From Cyanophora paradoxa CCMP329 (taxonomy: Eukaryota; Plantae; Glaucophyta), in contig QPMI01000036.1 of the NCBI GenBank assembly GCA_004431415.1, forward strand, positions 434,001-498,000: DNA of 64,000 bases, given 5' to 3'. Position 1 is the first letter of the stretch. Every line of letters begins with the position of its first letter. The notes beneath the pieces are model-generated. The model was not told the origin of the DNA. It saw only the letters and a program-made list of their open reading frames with translations, and made no database searches. Position numbers and translations under genes: made by a program. Below, piece by piece: positions 46,670 through 60,200 of this stretch.

Positions 46670-48471
46670 ATGGCGGCGCGCATAGGGGCGCCGGCCGCTC
46701 GTATCGGCGCTCCGACACCGGCGTCGAGCTCCACGACGCCAGCAACGCAGGCGATCCGGAACCCGCTGGGTGCGCCGCTCACCTCTGCTCGTGACTGAGC
46801 TCCCTGAGCTGCGCCTTCAGAGCGAGAGGCATCCGCAAAGCCCCCTCCAGCGCCGATCAGCGCCCCAGCTTCGTCTTTGCCCGGGCCTAGTCGAGCGGCG
46901 CCGGCCCCAGTAGCTACGCAAGGTGGATCTCAAGTATCGGATTCGAGTTCGGGAGCGGTGCGCGTCGCCGCACGTGCTACTTCTGGGGAGGGGTCGTGAT
47001 GCTTACATGAAACAGAGAGAAAGCCTTGATGGGCAGGCGAGAAAGCGCGCGGCGGCGTCTTCAGACAAACCCTCGAGCAGCTCAACTTCTAAGAAAGTCC
47101 GCGGAAACAAGGACGAGAAGGAAGCCGCTGTTGTTGATCAGTCGGAGGGAGGGTTCGCCTTGCCGCCATATTCTTGATATATTTTGTTGACGTGTTCGCA
47201 GGAACGGCGATCAGGAATCAGTGGTGTGACGCTCTCTGTCGTCGTAAGCGATGTCGTCTGACTCGAGCTCAGATCCGCATGCGAGACATCATCCGAGATG
47301 CGAAGTCCCAAATCACTGCATCGAAAGCATCGAGATCCCGCGCAGTCAAGGTGGGTGCAGTACCATACGACATCCCTCTTACTCTAAGCCCCTCCGCAGG
47401 AACAGGAGGAACCCAAATCCCCAAAGAGTCCTTCCGAGGGTCCTCGTCAGAATGCGGATGACGGAGAGGCATCGGAGAAAGCAAAGTTTGCCAATCTTAG
47501 CCTCTTGTTGAACCTTGACCTGATTTTACCTGTCAGCTCTTCTGAACAGCACGCCGGTCATGGCAGGGAGGATTCTCGAGGCAAGTTTGCTCCACAAGTG
47601 CAGGTCATCAATGGCAGAATTGTCGTGAACGAAGAGAGTCTAGTCGTTGATGCTTCTGAGGATGCCGACACCTCGAAATTCGAGGAAGTACATGAGACAA
47701 ATTCTTATGTAAATGCAATGTCGTTCCGCAAGACTGTGACTCCAACGGATCGTTGGGGTGTTGCAGACACTGCACTGTTTTTCAAGGTCTGTAAATGCTG
47801 CATTGTCTTCTCAGCCTGCGATTGACTCCCTGCAGGCTCTGCGGCTCTTTGGTTCAGATTTCTCTATGATAGAGAAGGTGTTTCCCAACAGGACAAGGAG
47901 GCAGATTCGTAACAAGTTCAAGAAAGAAGAAAGAGAACATAAGGATGACATCAACGACATTCTCAACAACAAGCGACCACTTGGTGAGCACCTGCTCTCC
48001 ACGCATCCACACAGCAGCGGGCAATTCCTTATACTGTGTCACAGATGCAGCCACTGCAAAGATTCTCCTGGCAGAGCTGCGTGCAAAGTGCCCAAAGACA
48101 CCCACAGGTATTCCGTCGTCTGGGCCCTCGGAGGATGGCCGCCCAGCTGTGATTGCACCACCTTCACGAGTTCTTCCCAGGAAGGAGTCGGCAGCGAGCA
48201 AGCCACCAGCACCAGTGACGACGGCAGCAACCAGTCAAGATAGATCAGAAAGTTCAAGTTCTGCACAATTTGCTCCTCCTAGCAATGCTTTAGAGCCAGC
48301 ACCCTCCGCCAAGATAGACCAGCCTGTGGCCGAGGAGCATGCCGAGGAGGAGATGACCGTTCAGGTGCTTCAGCGATGACAGTGGTCTCTTGCACCTGTG
48401 CTTATTTTCGCTTGCAGGGTCTCATGAACTACGATGATTACGATGATGCAGACTACGACGACGCATGGTAG
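46670..48471 (+). CDS. BDP1: TFIIIB B'' subunit (SANT/Myb domain)
   Basis: APQVQVINGRIVVNEESL and RWGVADTALFFKALRLFGSDFSMIEKVFPNRTRRQIRNKFKKEE. Confidence 0.92.
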
Positions 48472-48644
48472 AGAGCTCTTTCACTTTGCGTCCAGTGTAC
48501 TTGCTGCTCTAGTAGTTGCCCTTCAAGACGATGAAGGCGATTCATACCAGTATATTCATTGCTCTTTGCACGGTTTGGAATTGAAATTGAGCGGAACCCT
48601 GACAAACAGAGGGATCCGCCCCTTCCCTATCGAAAGATGGGAAA

Positions 48645-51600
48645 CTATACACCAAGTCTCCTGACGGTCATGGTCTTCACGTTGCTCCTGCCGGAGCACC
48701 TGATTGTGTTTTCCAATGCCATCGCGTCCAGCGCCTGGAGAAGCTCCTTCTCCTTGAGCGGCTGCAAAGAGGGCCATGAGAAGCGTGCAAGATTCGTACT
48801 GCTGGGAGGTAGGAACCTCAGAAGACGCATTCTTGATCGTATCAAAGATTGTCATGAAGTCGACAGCAGCATCCTTGTCAGCAAAGAAGTCATGGACCGC
48901 CTGCTTGAGCTGCTCCAATTTCTGGCGATCCTGCAGTGTCACTCCAGTGGCCAGCGCATTCATGTCCACCTGCATACACTTAGAGACATGACAGATGATG
49001 AAAGATGAAAAGAGATGCACCAGTCCGGTGTTGGGATTGATGGCCGCACGTTGGGTGCTTTCCCGCATGAGGCTGCAAGCACATGCTCAGTACACATGAT
49101 TGCTTCCGTGTCTGGACAAGCACCCACCGCAGGGCCTCATCGACATCGCAGTCCTCAACATACTCGCTATACCGAATCCGAGCATGGGCTTCGGCAATGC
49201 GGATTGTTGATTCGAGCTGACGAGGGGTGGCTGAAATGACATGCTTGCTGTTGCCCAACTGGCGGAGCTCTGTGACACATGATCAGACAGAAACCAACCT
49301 CCGAAAAAAATCAGCGTACGACGGTAGCCTTCCACAAGCTTTGCTGCAGCAGAGTCTGTGATCTGCGGGTTGATCCTGTGCCGCGCAAACGCCACATAAC
49401 GCTTGAGCTTCTCGATCGCGATGAGGCCATCAAGGCTCTTCTTGTCACGGTAATCCTTGTTGCTGAACATCGAGACGATGTGCCGGGCAAGCATTGCATC
49501 CTCCTGATCATTCACCTTGTCGATGAGAAGGTAGATGAGATCAAAACTGATAAAAAGCGATGAGCACGATGTGTTGCGCCAGATTGCAGGGGATGTGCAC
49601 CGAGAGAGCAGAGTCGGAGGGAGGTCGATGTTCTCAAGAACACTCTTTTGCACATTGTATCTGGACTCCACAGGATTGGCAGCAGCGAGAACCGAAGTCC
49701 TGTTCGAGAATAAGATGAATTTGCAAAGACACTGCCAACAATAAGTGTACCGTGCATTCAGTGAGCAGATGATGCCAGCCTTGGCGACAGACACAGTTTG
49801 CTGTTCCATGGCCTCATGGAGCACAGAACGAGCATTATCACTCATCTTGTCGAACTCATCAATGCAACAGACGCCCCGATCCGAAAGCACGAGCGCGCCA
49901 CTGAGCACATGAACCCCATCAGTACAAATAAGAAGAAGTACGGACAAGCGGACCACACCTCTCGAGCACAAGCTCACGGGAGTCCGGGTCACGTGTTACA
50001 TAGGCAGTCAAACCAACTGCTGAGCTGCCCTTTCCAGAGGTGTACACTCCACGGGGTGCAATCTTGTGGACGAAGGAGAGCAGCTGGGACTTGCTGACAC
50101 CAGGGTCACCAACGAGCAGGATGTTGATCTCTCCACTGCGAAACAATTAACCCTAGAAGGTGGCAGGAAAAACTCTTGACATGCATACCGATACTTTCCC
50201 ATAAATCTTGGGAGGGCCTTCGATGTGCCTCCGAACAGCTGGCACAGAATGCCTTTCTTGACATCATCCATCTTGTAGATGCTAGGGGCTGAATGAAATA
50301 TTCAGCTCTCAATGTTAGAGGGCGAGGTTTGCCGAGCGCACCAAGGGATCGAGTAAGAAGATTGTAAATGTCAGGATTGCTCGCAATCTCTCGCAGTTCC
50401 CTCTCCTCCCTCTCGGAGAAACCACCAGTTTCGTCGTGCTCATCAGCACTGCAAGGCAGGATTAGTGGATATTCCTCCAAAGCATTGTACCCAGTACAAG
50501 AACGCACGCCAGGATGTCACCGGGTGCAGGCTCTTGGCTCTCGCCACTGTCCAGCTTCTTCTTATCCACCTTTTGGAAGTGCACGACATCGATGTCTGCA
50601 AGAATGACCATTTATAAATTGTCATGAGCCCATCACCATTGCAGGGAACGACTCACATGTTTTGTAGATGGAATTCAGGGTCCGCTGGTTGGGCTTGGTG
50701 CGCACAGGAACAGCTCGGTAGATACCAGTGACCTGAATGCGATCGCCTGGCCTTGCGTTGTCCACTAGCTCATCAAAGGCACAAAGATTCACAGTCATTG
50801 GTGTCTCGCCCTCAGGAATGGATTCTGCATCATTATTAGCGAGTTCTAAATTAGCATATTCACCATGAATGTTACCTGGAGTCTCCTGAAGCTTCACAAT
50901 CTGCTTGTCCGCGAACTCGCAGCGGTTGTGCACAAGCTGCGCAAGTGTCCATCAAGAATGCGGCGACCTGCATAGCGCGTCTATAAAAACCCAATCACCT
51001 GATATGCAAACTTCGAGTTGCACTGTGCGTTCTTGCAAGCATACGGTTCTTCTATCCGACCACGGTCCAACATTTCCACTGTGCTGTCTTTGCACACACC
51101 ACACGTGAAGAATGCTGGGAAGGGCAGCCTTAGACGCGGATTGGCTTGAGAAAAAAAGGGCATCAATGCAGACCGGTCTTGATGTCAGGGATGATGGAAC
51201 TAACGCGAGTGACCATGCCACGAATAGCCACGAGTGTGTCGATTTCTGCAAAGGTTGGTTTAGCAAAAACAGACGAAGCTACGCAAACATATTACGAACC
51301 AGTCGGATTCAGGTCACGCATGTGTCGTACACGTCTCAGGTTGTAGGGGCGTGCACGGATGAGCTGCAGTAAGAGGGACGAGTCAGAAGTGCGACTCTCA
51401 AGAGGATCAGAGCAACGGAAAGACCTGAGAGTCGTCTTTGATGACCTTCTTTTCCGCATCAGACTCTATGTTTTCAAAATAGTCGACGTACGCTTTAGAG
51501 AGAACAAGATCCATCAAAGGAATGATTTCTTGAGGATAGGCGATCAGATCAGTGTACAGCTGCTTGTCGAAGTCATAGATCTGCTTGCAGTCGATGTTCA

Positions 51601-52181
51601 CACCGAAGATGTTGGTCTCGCGCATCTGTCCCGGGTCAGCGAGATCCGCGAGGGCACTGCGGGCAAGGACGCACGTTCTGCAGGAGGCGCGCCAAGGCTG
51701 GCTCGTCGCTGTCGCTGTCTGCTGCTGTCTTGAAGAAATCGCTTACGAGGAACTCGCGGAATTTTTCCATGCACTCCTCCGTCTTGACTTGCGTGCCCCA
51801 GATCAGCCGGAACTCCTGCCCGAGACCGGATCCCTGTCGCCGGAGCGGATGAGAAAGGGGTCGCGGGCGCGTAGGACATCGCGGGCCCGAGAGCGCAGAC
51901 GCACGTTCTCGCCCGCGCCCCCAGCTGGCCTTGACCGACGCACGTCCCCGCGCGAGGGTCTGCACAAGCGCGCGCTTTAGAGCTATCAAGAATCCGTGCA
52001 TCTTTGAAAGCTCGCACGTGGAGGCCGCGCTCGACGGCTGCGGCGGAGTGAACGCGCCGTGGACATCCTGCGATATCCCCGGCGTTCGGCTCGGGGATCG
52101 AGCATCACCGGTCTCGCGACGAGTCTGCGATGGCAGCTCGCGGTCGTCGGTATTGTACGTGTTCATATTTGGGTTGTTCAT
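48645..52181 (-). CDS. MCM4: DNA replication licensing factor MCM4
   Basis: [60 protein letters not shown] and ATPRQLES. Confidence 0.96.
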
Positions 52182-52322
52182 CGCGCAGCCCCGCGCGAAC
52201 TGCGAGCGCGGATCAGCGGCGCGGCCTGCAGGGACCGAGCTGGCGACGCTCGCCTTCTACGGAACGTCTCTGCACGAGCCTCACTGGCGAGCCTCACTGC
52301 CCTGCCCTGCCTTGCTTGCGGC

Positions 52323-52334
52323 TTTGGCGCCAAA
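52323..52334. promoter_or_regulatory. Palindromic E2F/DP site TTTGGCGCCAAA
   Basis: Matches TTTSSCGC on both strands, midway between the divergent MCM4 and Borealin starts. Confidence 0.75.
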
Positions 52335-52520
52335 TTGGGGGGGGGGGGCAATTCGCAGAGGGGTACTGGTCGTGGACGCTTAACGGTAAAGAAACGCCGG
52401 CGCCCACAACTAGCGCACTCAGCGGTGCGCCGCATGAAGCGCTACTAAACTAGCTCGTCTGAGCACCCCTGACTCGCATCAACTGACAGGCTCGAACGAT
52501 TCGCTGGCAGATCGGCAGCT

Positions 52521-53886
52521 ATGCGCACGCGAAGGAAGCGGGCCGGCGGGGAGAACTGCAGCGACTCCCTCGCGTCCGTTCTAGAGTCGGAAGCGGCCCC
52601 TGAGCAGCCCTCAGAAGACAAGGTTGCTGCCGGTATGCGCATCCGGCCACCTCGTTCATGGTCCCTCCCTGAGCCGCCGCCCGGCGCAGTGCTCGATCAG
52701 ATTGACCTCGAGAGTACGCTTCCATCCCGCTTCACTGTGATCCTTCGTCCCCCGCTGCGCCCCCTCCTGAACTGCGGCCGCGTCTGCAGTCGAGTCACGC
52801 TCGAAGAAGATTATCTCCTTCGCCAACGATGTGGCAGCCGAGATCCAGAACGCATTCCACGTGCAGCTCATGAAGCTGCCAAAGAAGATTCGCAGCATGC
52901 CCGTGAAGCACTTCTGCTCGGACTACAAGGGGGAGATGGAGCGAGTGATCTTTTGCGACGTAAACAGCATCGTACAGGACACCATTTCGCGCACACCAGC
53001 CGCGGCGCGTTTCACCGCTTCAAAGTGAGCTGACAGCGTTCGCTTTCGTTGCTCGCTTTAACAATGCGGCAGGGTCTCGGCTACACCGCAGGCTGGCCAA
53101 GGTGCGCGAGGCGTGAATTTATAGTGCAAATTTCATTTCTGACCCATGCGCGCAGAGCCCAGCACCCCGTCGCGTGTGTTCGATCGGGTCGCAACAATGC
53201 GCGGCCCCGACTGACCTGTTTTCAGGTTCCGATGCGAAGCGCGCCTCCGCCCGTAAGCGCCGGCCGTACGCGTCACCGAAGGTTTGTTCTGCCGCTTCAA
53301 TACGTTCCTGTGCGCGGCGGGGATGTTTCCGGTTGAGGTTTCATGCCAGGACGTGGGGACGGATAAGGAAAACTTCGCTTCCATTCCTGAGGACGAGTGC
53401 TTGGGCCAGTCCGAGAAGGTATGCACTTGTTTCTTATCTATATGATCCCCCTGTGCGCTGATCTCACCCCTGCAAAAATCAGCGCCTGAAAGCAGCTGGA
53501 AAGCCCCTCGCAAGGCACGCTTTCACCTTGCAGGCAACAGCTAGCCCTGGCAAGGTGTGATCGAGAAATTATCGAACTATTCACGAGATTGACAACGTGT
53601 TCCAGGTGTTACGGTCTGCCATCACAGGCGCAGTGACCGTGCGTTTGTTCTTCCACTCATCAGGTTAATTCTGACCTTGCAATGTAGGCTGAGGGCAAGC
53701 CAGTGACGTTCGAGGTGCCAATTCTCTTGTTGTAAGACTAGATTTATGCTAAACAGAAGTGTGCAGGACCTGTCCAAGCCCGAGATCAAGAACCAGCTGT
53801 CTGGGGAAGCACGCAAGCAGGCGATGTTGAAGCTTCGGGAGCTTCAGGAACAACTTACATCCCTCATGAACACAGTGGCCGAGTAA
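52521..53886 (+). CDS. Borealin-like chromosomal passenger complex subunit
   Basis: LDQIDLE/VESRSK...IQNAFHVQLMKLPKKIRSMPVKHF matches the Borealin/Nbl1 N-terminal pattern (LxxLPxxxRxM); C-terminal coil LRELQEQLTSLM. Confidence 0.75.
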
Positions 53887-53906
53887 ATGCTGTATATATA
53901 TTGTGT

Positions 53907-56806
53907 TCAGCTGGAATCAAACAAAATAGCTCTATTGCTGAGAGTGTGCTCGACAAGACGGTCAGCCCCATGCTCAAAGTAGTCAGCTCGTGACAGGCAC
54001 GCCTTCTGATAGGATGGGGAACTTGCAAATCTGTGGATGCAGACATTTATCTCTGCGTACACAGAACCGGCTGGTTGCTTACCTCGCAGCTCCACGCCAT
54101 GTGTCACGTAGAGGGTCCTCTGCAATAATGATGTTTGGAGGACACTGGAATGGCCTGATTGAAAGAACATCATTGACGATTCGTGTCTTGATGTCGGGGA
54201 GAAGAGCACAGCCGCCACAAACGTAGATATTCTCTGCTAGGATTCTCTGTTTTTCGTTGCTGAACTCCTTCAGGACAAGTCCAATGCACTCGGTTACGCC
54301 TGCTTGCTCGACACCAATTATGCCGGGCTGGAACAAAACCTCGGGTGCTCGGAAGCGCTCAATGTCGACGGCAATCTGAATATAGAAGTCAGCCCCCCCA
54401 AGAAAGGGAGGGACAAAATACACATGGAATACCCGGAAGTCATTGGGTATTGCCTTTATTTCGACTTTGCCCTGACCACTGGGTGCAGCTCCAGCACCAG
54501 CCTGCTGTCCTGAGAACTGTGGATCATGCTGGGTAAGCTTGCTCTCGACATCCCGCAGCATCTGATCAAGGTCCCCTTCATCAGAATCTGAGTCCTCCCC
54601 TGCCTGCGAATTGGCGGGTCAACGTCTGACGCATATGCTCTTCGTGTTCTGCTCACCATTGTCCTGTACACCATCCAACCATCACCATCATCTCCAAACT
54701 CATCATCACCTTCGCCTACTGCCTTTGCCACTGCTTCCCTGCGACTGCGAGCTGCAGCTCCCTTGCGCTCCGCCCTATCCTTGCGACGCTTGTCTTTTTC
54801 GGCCTTTCGCATGAGAATTGTCTGCTGGGAGCTGAGCAGAGAGCTCCTTGATATGCAAAGAATACAGGAATACCTGGCGTTGAGAATGGAGCTCCTGCAG
54901 CCACAGCGTGGGGTTCTGTTGACGAAGCTGCTCGGACTCCTGCAATCCCAGATTATATAGGCCATCATGCTGGAAGTAGGGTATCTTTTGACCTGCAACT
55001 CCTTTTCCTGCTGCATTTTCTCCTCCATCTTCCGCTGTCGTACTCGCTCACGGCCATCTTCAGAGTTCTTTAATAGCCTCTGTTTCCTCTTCTCTCGCTT
55101 TTGCTCCACGGAGAGCTCTGAATCCGGAACTGAGAGTAGAGGAAATCGGACCTCATCTGGCAGCTGCGGGTCTCACGTGATAAGACAAACTTGGAGAACT
55201 GTGATTTGTTCTGAACACACCTTGGGCTCAGAAGCCTGGACTGGTTCATCGGGAATGCCCTTTTCTTTATTCTGGGCCCTCACAATCCATGTGCGCAGCT
55301 CCTGGATGCGCTTAAAAAGCTTCGCTTCTGTCTTGAGTTCGAGCTCTTGTAACTGAGCCATGAATGAATCTTTGTCGGTGTCCTTCAACCCCAGCAACTG
55401 TTCGTATGTTGAAAGCTCCTCTGACACCTGTTGCATCTAGAAGGGAACCACAAGTCAGATGCATATCAGACACAAGCAATCAAGCATCCAAACCTTCTCC
55501 TTCCTCCGCTTTTCTTGAAGATCCTTCAAACGCTGACCAGCTTCTTTCTTGCGCTGCTGGACCTTCTGCTTATCCTCCTCCGTCTGCTCAGTTTCCTCCT
55601 GCGTGAGGCATCTTCAGCTAGGACATGAGGACAGCCCACAAGTTGCATGCTCGCACAGGGGCGGCAACGAAAGGGAGTTGAAATGCTTTAGCGAGGCTTT
55701 TGATGGTCGACTCTTCCTCACACGCCCTCAGCTGCTCATCGTAGCACCCAGCAACGAAAGAGTATTCCTCTGCAAGGACCTACGAGAATTTCAACTCGGG
55801 TTTCCGCAAATGTTCACGACAATGCTCACCTGGGCTCTTCCCCAATGCAAAGCACTGCGGTAGTGAGGATACTTCATGTTGACAAGACGAAACATCGTCT
55901 CAGTAACAGCAAGCCCTCCAGTGTCGATTCTAATAGAAACAAGATTAAATAAAGCCGAACGGTAACCCATGATCACTCCTACCGTTTGGACTTGTTGATT
56001 ACAGGAGACCCGTTGAGGACAGGAATGACATGACAAGCACTGTGGCCAAGTGAAACCACAAGGCCATCTTTCAAGCTTCTAGGTGCCGCGTAATGGTGGA
56101 AGCTGAACAGGCCGTCGATGCCGTAACATACGGAAGGGATGCCGTAGCCCTCAAAGAGAAGCTCGCTCATCACTGCAGTGGGACGGCTCAACAAACATGA
56201 AGTACGCCCCAGGCAGAGCGACGCACTTTTCCTGCAGTAGTTTGGATTGCACAGCGGCTCTGTCATCACAATGCTGTGATCAACCTTGTCGCCGACCACG
56301 CCAAGGTACTCGAACGAGGAGTCGAAGATGGCCTCCTGCAGAGACGTCAGCCGGATTGTCGGCGTTCAGGGGGGCGTGCAACCTGTGTGTCTGTGTGGTA
56401 CAGAACATTGCGGTCGAAAGCTGAGCGAGTGATCATCTTCACGACCTCCTCGTCGCGCAGGTCTGCTCCCACGAGCGCATCCTTGTCGGTCTCCTTTCGA
56501 TTCCGTGGGCGCCCAACAAGAGCGCGAAGCTCGACTACGATAAAAGTCAATAACATTCATAAGAACGCTTAGCGCGCTTCTCAGTCGAGCGCACCGCGAG
56601 GGGACTTCTCGCTAGCCCAGCCGACGCGGCACTGGTACGAGCCATTGTCGATGACGATCGGCACGTCGCTTCCGAAGCGCGCGTAGTCTTGCGATGCAGC
56701 CGGAAGCGGGGCACCTGCGCAAGCGGGCGGTCGCTTGGCGCGAGCACACACAACAGCGCAGCGCTTGCTGACCGCGGGTGACCCAGATGGGAAGAGCGTC
56801 GGCCAT
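53907..56806 (-). CDS. ARP5: Actin-related protein 5 (INO80 complex)
   Basis: PIVIDNGSYQCRVGW, MTEPLCNPNYCR, MSELLFEGYGIPSVCYGID, VNMKYP, a long charged insertion, ERFRAPEVLFQPGIIGVEQAG and DYFEHG..EH.LSN. Confidence 0.93.
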
Positions 56807-57290
56807 CGCCTCGCGCTGCACGACCCGGCACCGGCAGACGTCGCCGCGTACGGCGCGCTGCGGGGCCCGGCGCTCGCCGGCTGTTCGATCTAAAGCGCCG
56901 CCAGTCTGATCAGGGCTCCCGCGGGGCGGATCGTCGGCGGCTGTCCCGAAAGTTCAGTTGGCTTCGCAGCTGCAGCTGTATACATAGCGTGCAGCGGCGC
57001 CGGCGTGTCCGCGTATATACCTTCACTCGTCGCGCGTCGCGCGAACTGCGAGGGGTACGTATATATATACGCAAGCTGAGCCGGCCAGCCCTAATTAATT
57101 ATAAAATTCAATGCATGTATATGTATATATCCGTCAGGCCTTGCGATTGACGTCTCAGAACCCTGCAGTTCCCCCTCAGCACCGTGCCCTTCCGAGCCTG
57201 TTTGGAAACGTCGCTGATATTGATCTGGCAAAGCTCAATTGAAAAAAACTCTGCATACAGAATTGAAAAAACGAGAAATGTAAAGCGGCA

Positions 57291-60200
57291 TCAAAGCCAT
57301 GAAGCAGGGAACCCATAGCAGACAGGGGCAGCGCCAACAAGAAGCCGGAGCTTGCAGGCCTGCCGTGCACTCTGGGTGTGCATTTCTAGGTTTGTGTTCA
57401 AATTCTCCAAGCCTGAGGTTAAGCTTGTAAGGAGGGCCTCGCTGTACCGATCCAGGTCCCGATCCGTGACATCCCACAATGCTCCGATCACACCAGGGCT
57501 GCGGAGATGATTGATTCAGTTTTGCTCATAGGGCAATCAGTGGAGTATGCACCTTCCACCAAGAATGTATGAGACGGGTGCCCCTGATAAATCAAGGCAA
57601 CCAGATCGCCCGAGGGCCGCACTGCTGCATCCCATCAACAGTGCCAAAGGACCTTGTTCAAGCTGTTCAACATCCTCATTTCTAATGTACGCATCCCCAC
57701 ATCCGTGTCCACAGTACCTTCAGCATCCATTAAGCATAGCGTTTAAAAGACAAGAATGGTGGGGCTGTGCTTACAGGTAGGTGCTGTGCTTGGCCAGCGC
57801 CTCCTTCAGCTCTGATGTGGACGGAGCGCGTCCAGAGATGCCTTCCCAGCCTTTCAGGCTGCAGAAAAGTAAACGGTGAGCTTTTTTGAAGGACAACAGA
57901 CTGCAACTAATGGAGCAGACCTTGCAATCATTGAGCCCAGAGTGGCCTGAGTGTCCCCAAGATCGCCACTAGGATTGACAACGAAGAAGCCCGGGGAGGA
58001 ACATGGAGAGCATGCCATGCGATTCTCCCTTGCAACTGGGAGGAAATGGAGCGAGGGAAGCCGGCAGACGTTTTGCTGTCTGAGGAAAGGAAGATTCTCC
58101 CAGGGAATTCCATCCAGCGGTGTGGCCAAAACAAGAAGCACAGTTTCCCTGGGCATCTTTCAACACACGGGATTGACAGCCTGCTTTTCAAACGGAATCA
58201 GGGTCGTACCTTGCTTCAAGTGTGTCCTTCAATGCGGCGTCCGAAGGGGGCTCTGCCCGCTTCTTGGTTCGGGCAGACCTGGCAGAGCGACTGCTGGCCT
58301 CTGCAGGTGCCGAAGTGCTGGTTCCAGCCCTGCACAGGGCCCCTTTGATGTTTGTTGCAATCTGTTGCAAATGTGAGGCCAGGGTTCAACACAAAAGCCA
58401 CGAAAGTTAATGTACCTTCATTACCTCTGTCTCTGTGGCAGACAGGCCCAAGGCGTTCAAAGCATGAACAATCTCAGCATCACCGAGCACACCACTTCCA
58501 GCAATAAGGGCCTCCGCCAAGTGATGATCTATGGTTCCAGCAAATTTGCCAAGCACTTCCTGGGCAATCTTGCTGAGAAATTCCTTTGTGCATCCTCGGT
58601 TAGGGAGGCCAGCAAGGATGCACTAAGCCTCGGTTAGAGGAAAACAGTTATTGAGAAGAGCAACAGAAGGTGCACCTTCCACGGACCGAGGACATCACTT
58701 TCCAAAGATCCAAGGGCAGCAGAGAGCTCCAGCTCAAGAGAGTCACGGGCACTCCACCATGCAAGCTTGTCTGCTTTTGCTTCCATGGGCCCTCCTGATG
58801 TTGCCGTTCTACTCGCCTCCTTCACAATATCAAGCGTTTTGAACAGAGACGACTCCTGTTGTAGTGGAATGTTCAAAACGACAGGTGCCCGTGATGGACT
58901 GAGGCGTAGGAGGAGAAGACTCTGAGGCAAGCCAGCCCCAAGCTCTGGAGCAAGTGCAGCAACACAGATCACTGCAAACGGCGGAAGGGTGCTGCTGATC
59001 CAAGAATCCATGTTGAGCCACATCTTGTTCAGATCGAAGGCTGGCCCCTCAAAACGGAACGAGAGTGGAGAGGCATTGCAGGATTCGGCACTCTTGACTG
59101 TCAATGATGCTAGCTTCTCAACGAGCTCTTCTGTTGAACTCTTCCACTGCGCTTGTCGCTGTAACTTAGACAAGGATGCAGACACTGCTTGATGTCTCAA
59201 GGCAGGGTTCAGCGAGTGGACTGCGACTGAATCAGCATGAGACCAGGACAAATGAACATGCCCAGCTCACTTATTAGAGCAGCAGTCCATCTTGGCTGGC
59301 GACGTCCATACAGCATGGCCAGAGCATTGCACAGGTTTGAAAAGAGCTTTGTCGGACCAAGGTTTGCAACTAATCTGAGAGCCTCCAACAAGAGGCTCTC
59401 AGCTTGTGCCAGAGGGCGAGGGAGGGCTTCAGATGCGGTCTGGGTAGTGGTATCTAGAGCTGCGAAATGAGCTTTACTCATGTCAACAGAAATGAAAAAT
59501 GCGCACTGATAACAGCTGCACGATTGCGGCTTGAGGCAGCACGTGAGGGCTTTCCTGTAGTCTCTGCATGAAGTAAGTGGAAACTCTCTAACAATCGGTG
59601 GACGACCACACCTTGTGGAGCAGATAGAAACCAACCCTCACGAATGGCAGCGATGGCATCATCAGCTTCAAGGACCATCATTGCTCGGTAGTACAACACT
59701 TCGGCCTGTTAATGGTCACTTTCAGCAGCTACGTCTTGTATAAAAAACGAAGTTTGAAAGGCACCAACTGCAGGATGTCGCAGTTGCTGGAGGTGAGTTT
59801 GTCCAGCAACTTTTCCACCTCAGGCATTGATTGGTGACCAATATGCACTAGCAGCACAAGCATCAGCAATTTACATAGCAGCTGCCCGACTGCATATGTG
59901 TGTCACCTGTTCGAAGCAGGAGCTCAACAGTAAGGCTCCGCTCTTCGAAAGTCTTGTGCTCCCACTCTCCGCTGGCTTGCGTAGCAGTGGCTGCTGATTT
60001 TGCACTCTTTGCCTTGCTGCCTGAACCTGCTTTCGCCCTTCCACGCTTCAATGATGGCTCGCTGCTGTCTGGATTCGTAAGCTGTAGTAATTGATCACAA
60101 ACAGAATATTACTTGCCTCGCATCTGTGGAGGCCGAGAGGACACCAAGCGTCTTAAGACCATGAGTATATGCATCTGCTGCATCCTCGATATTGCCACAC

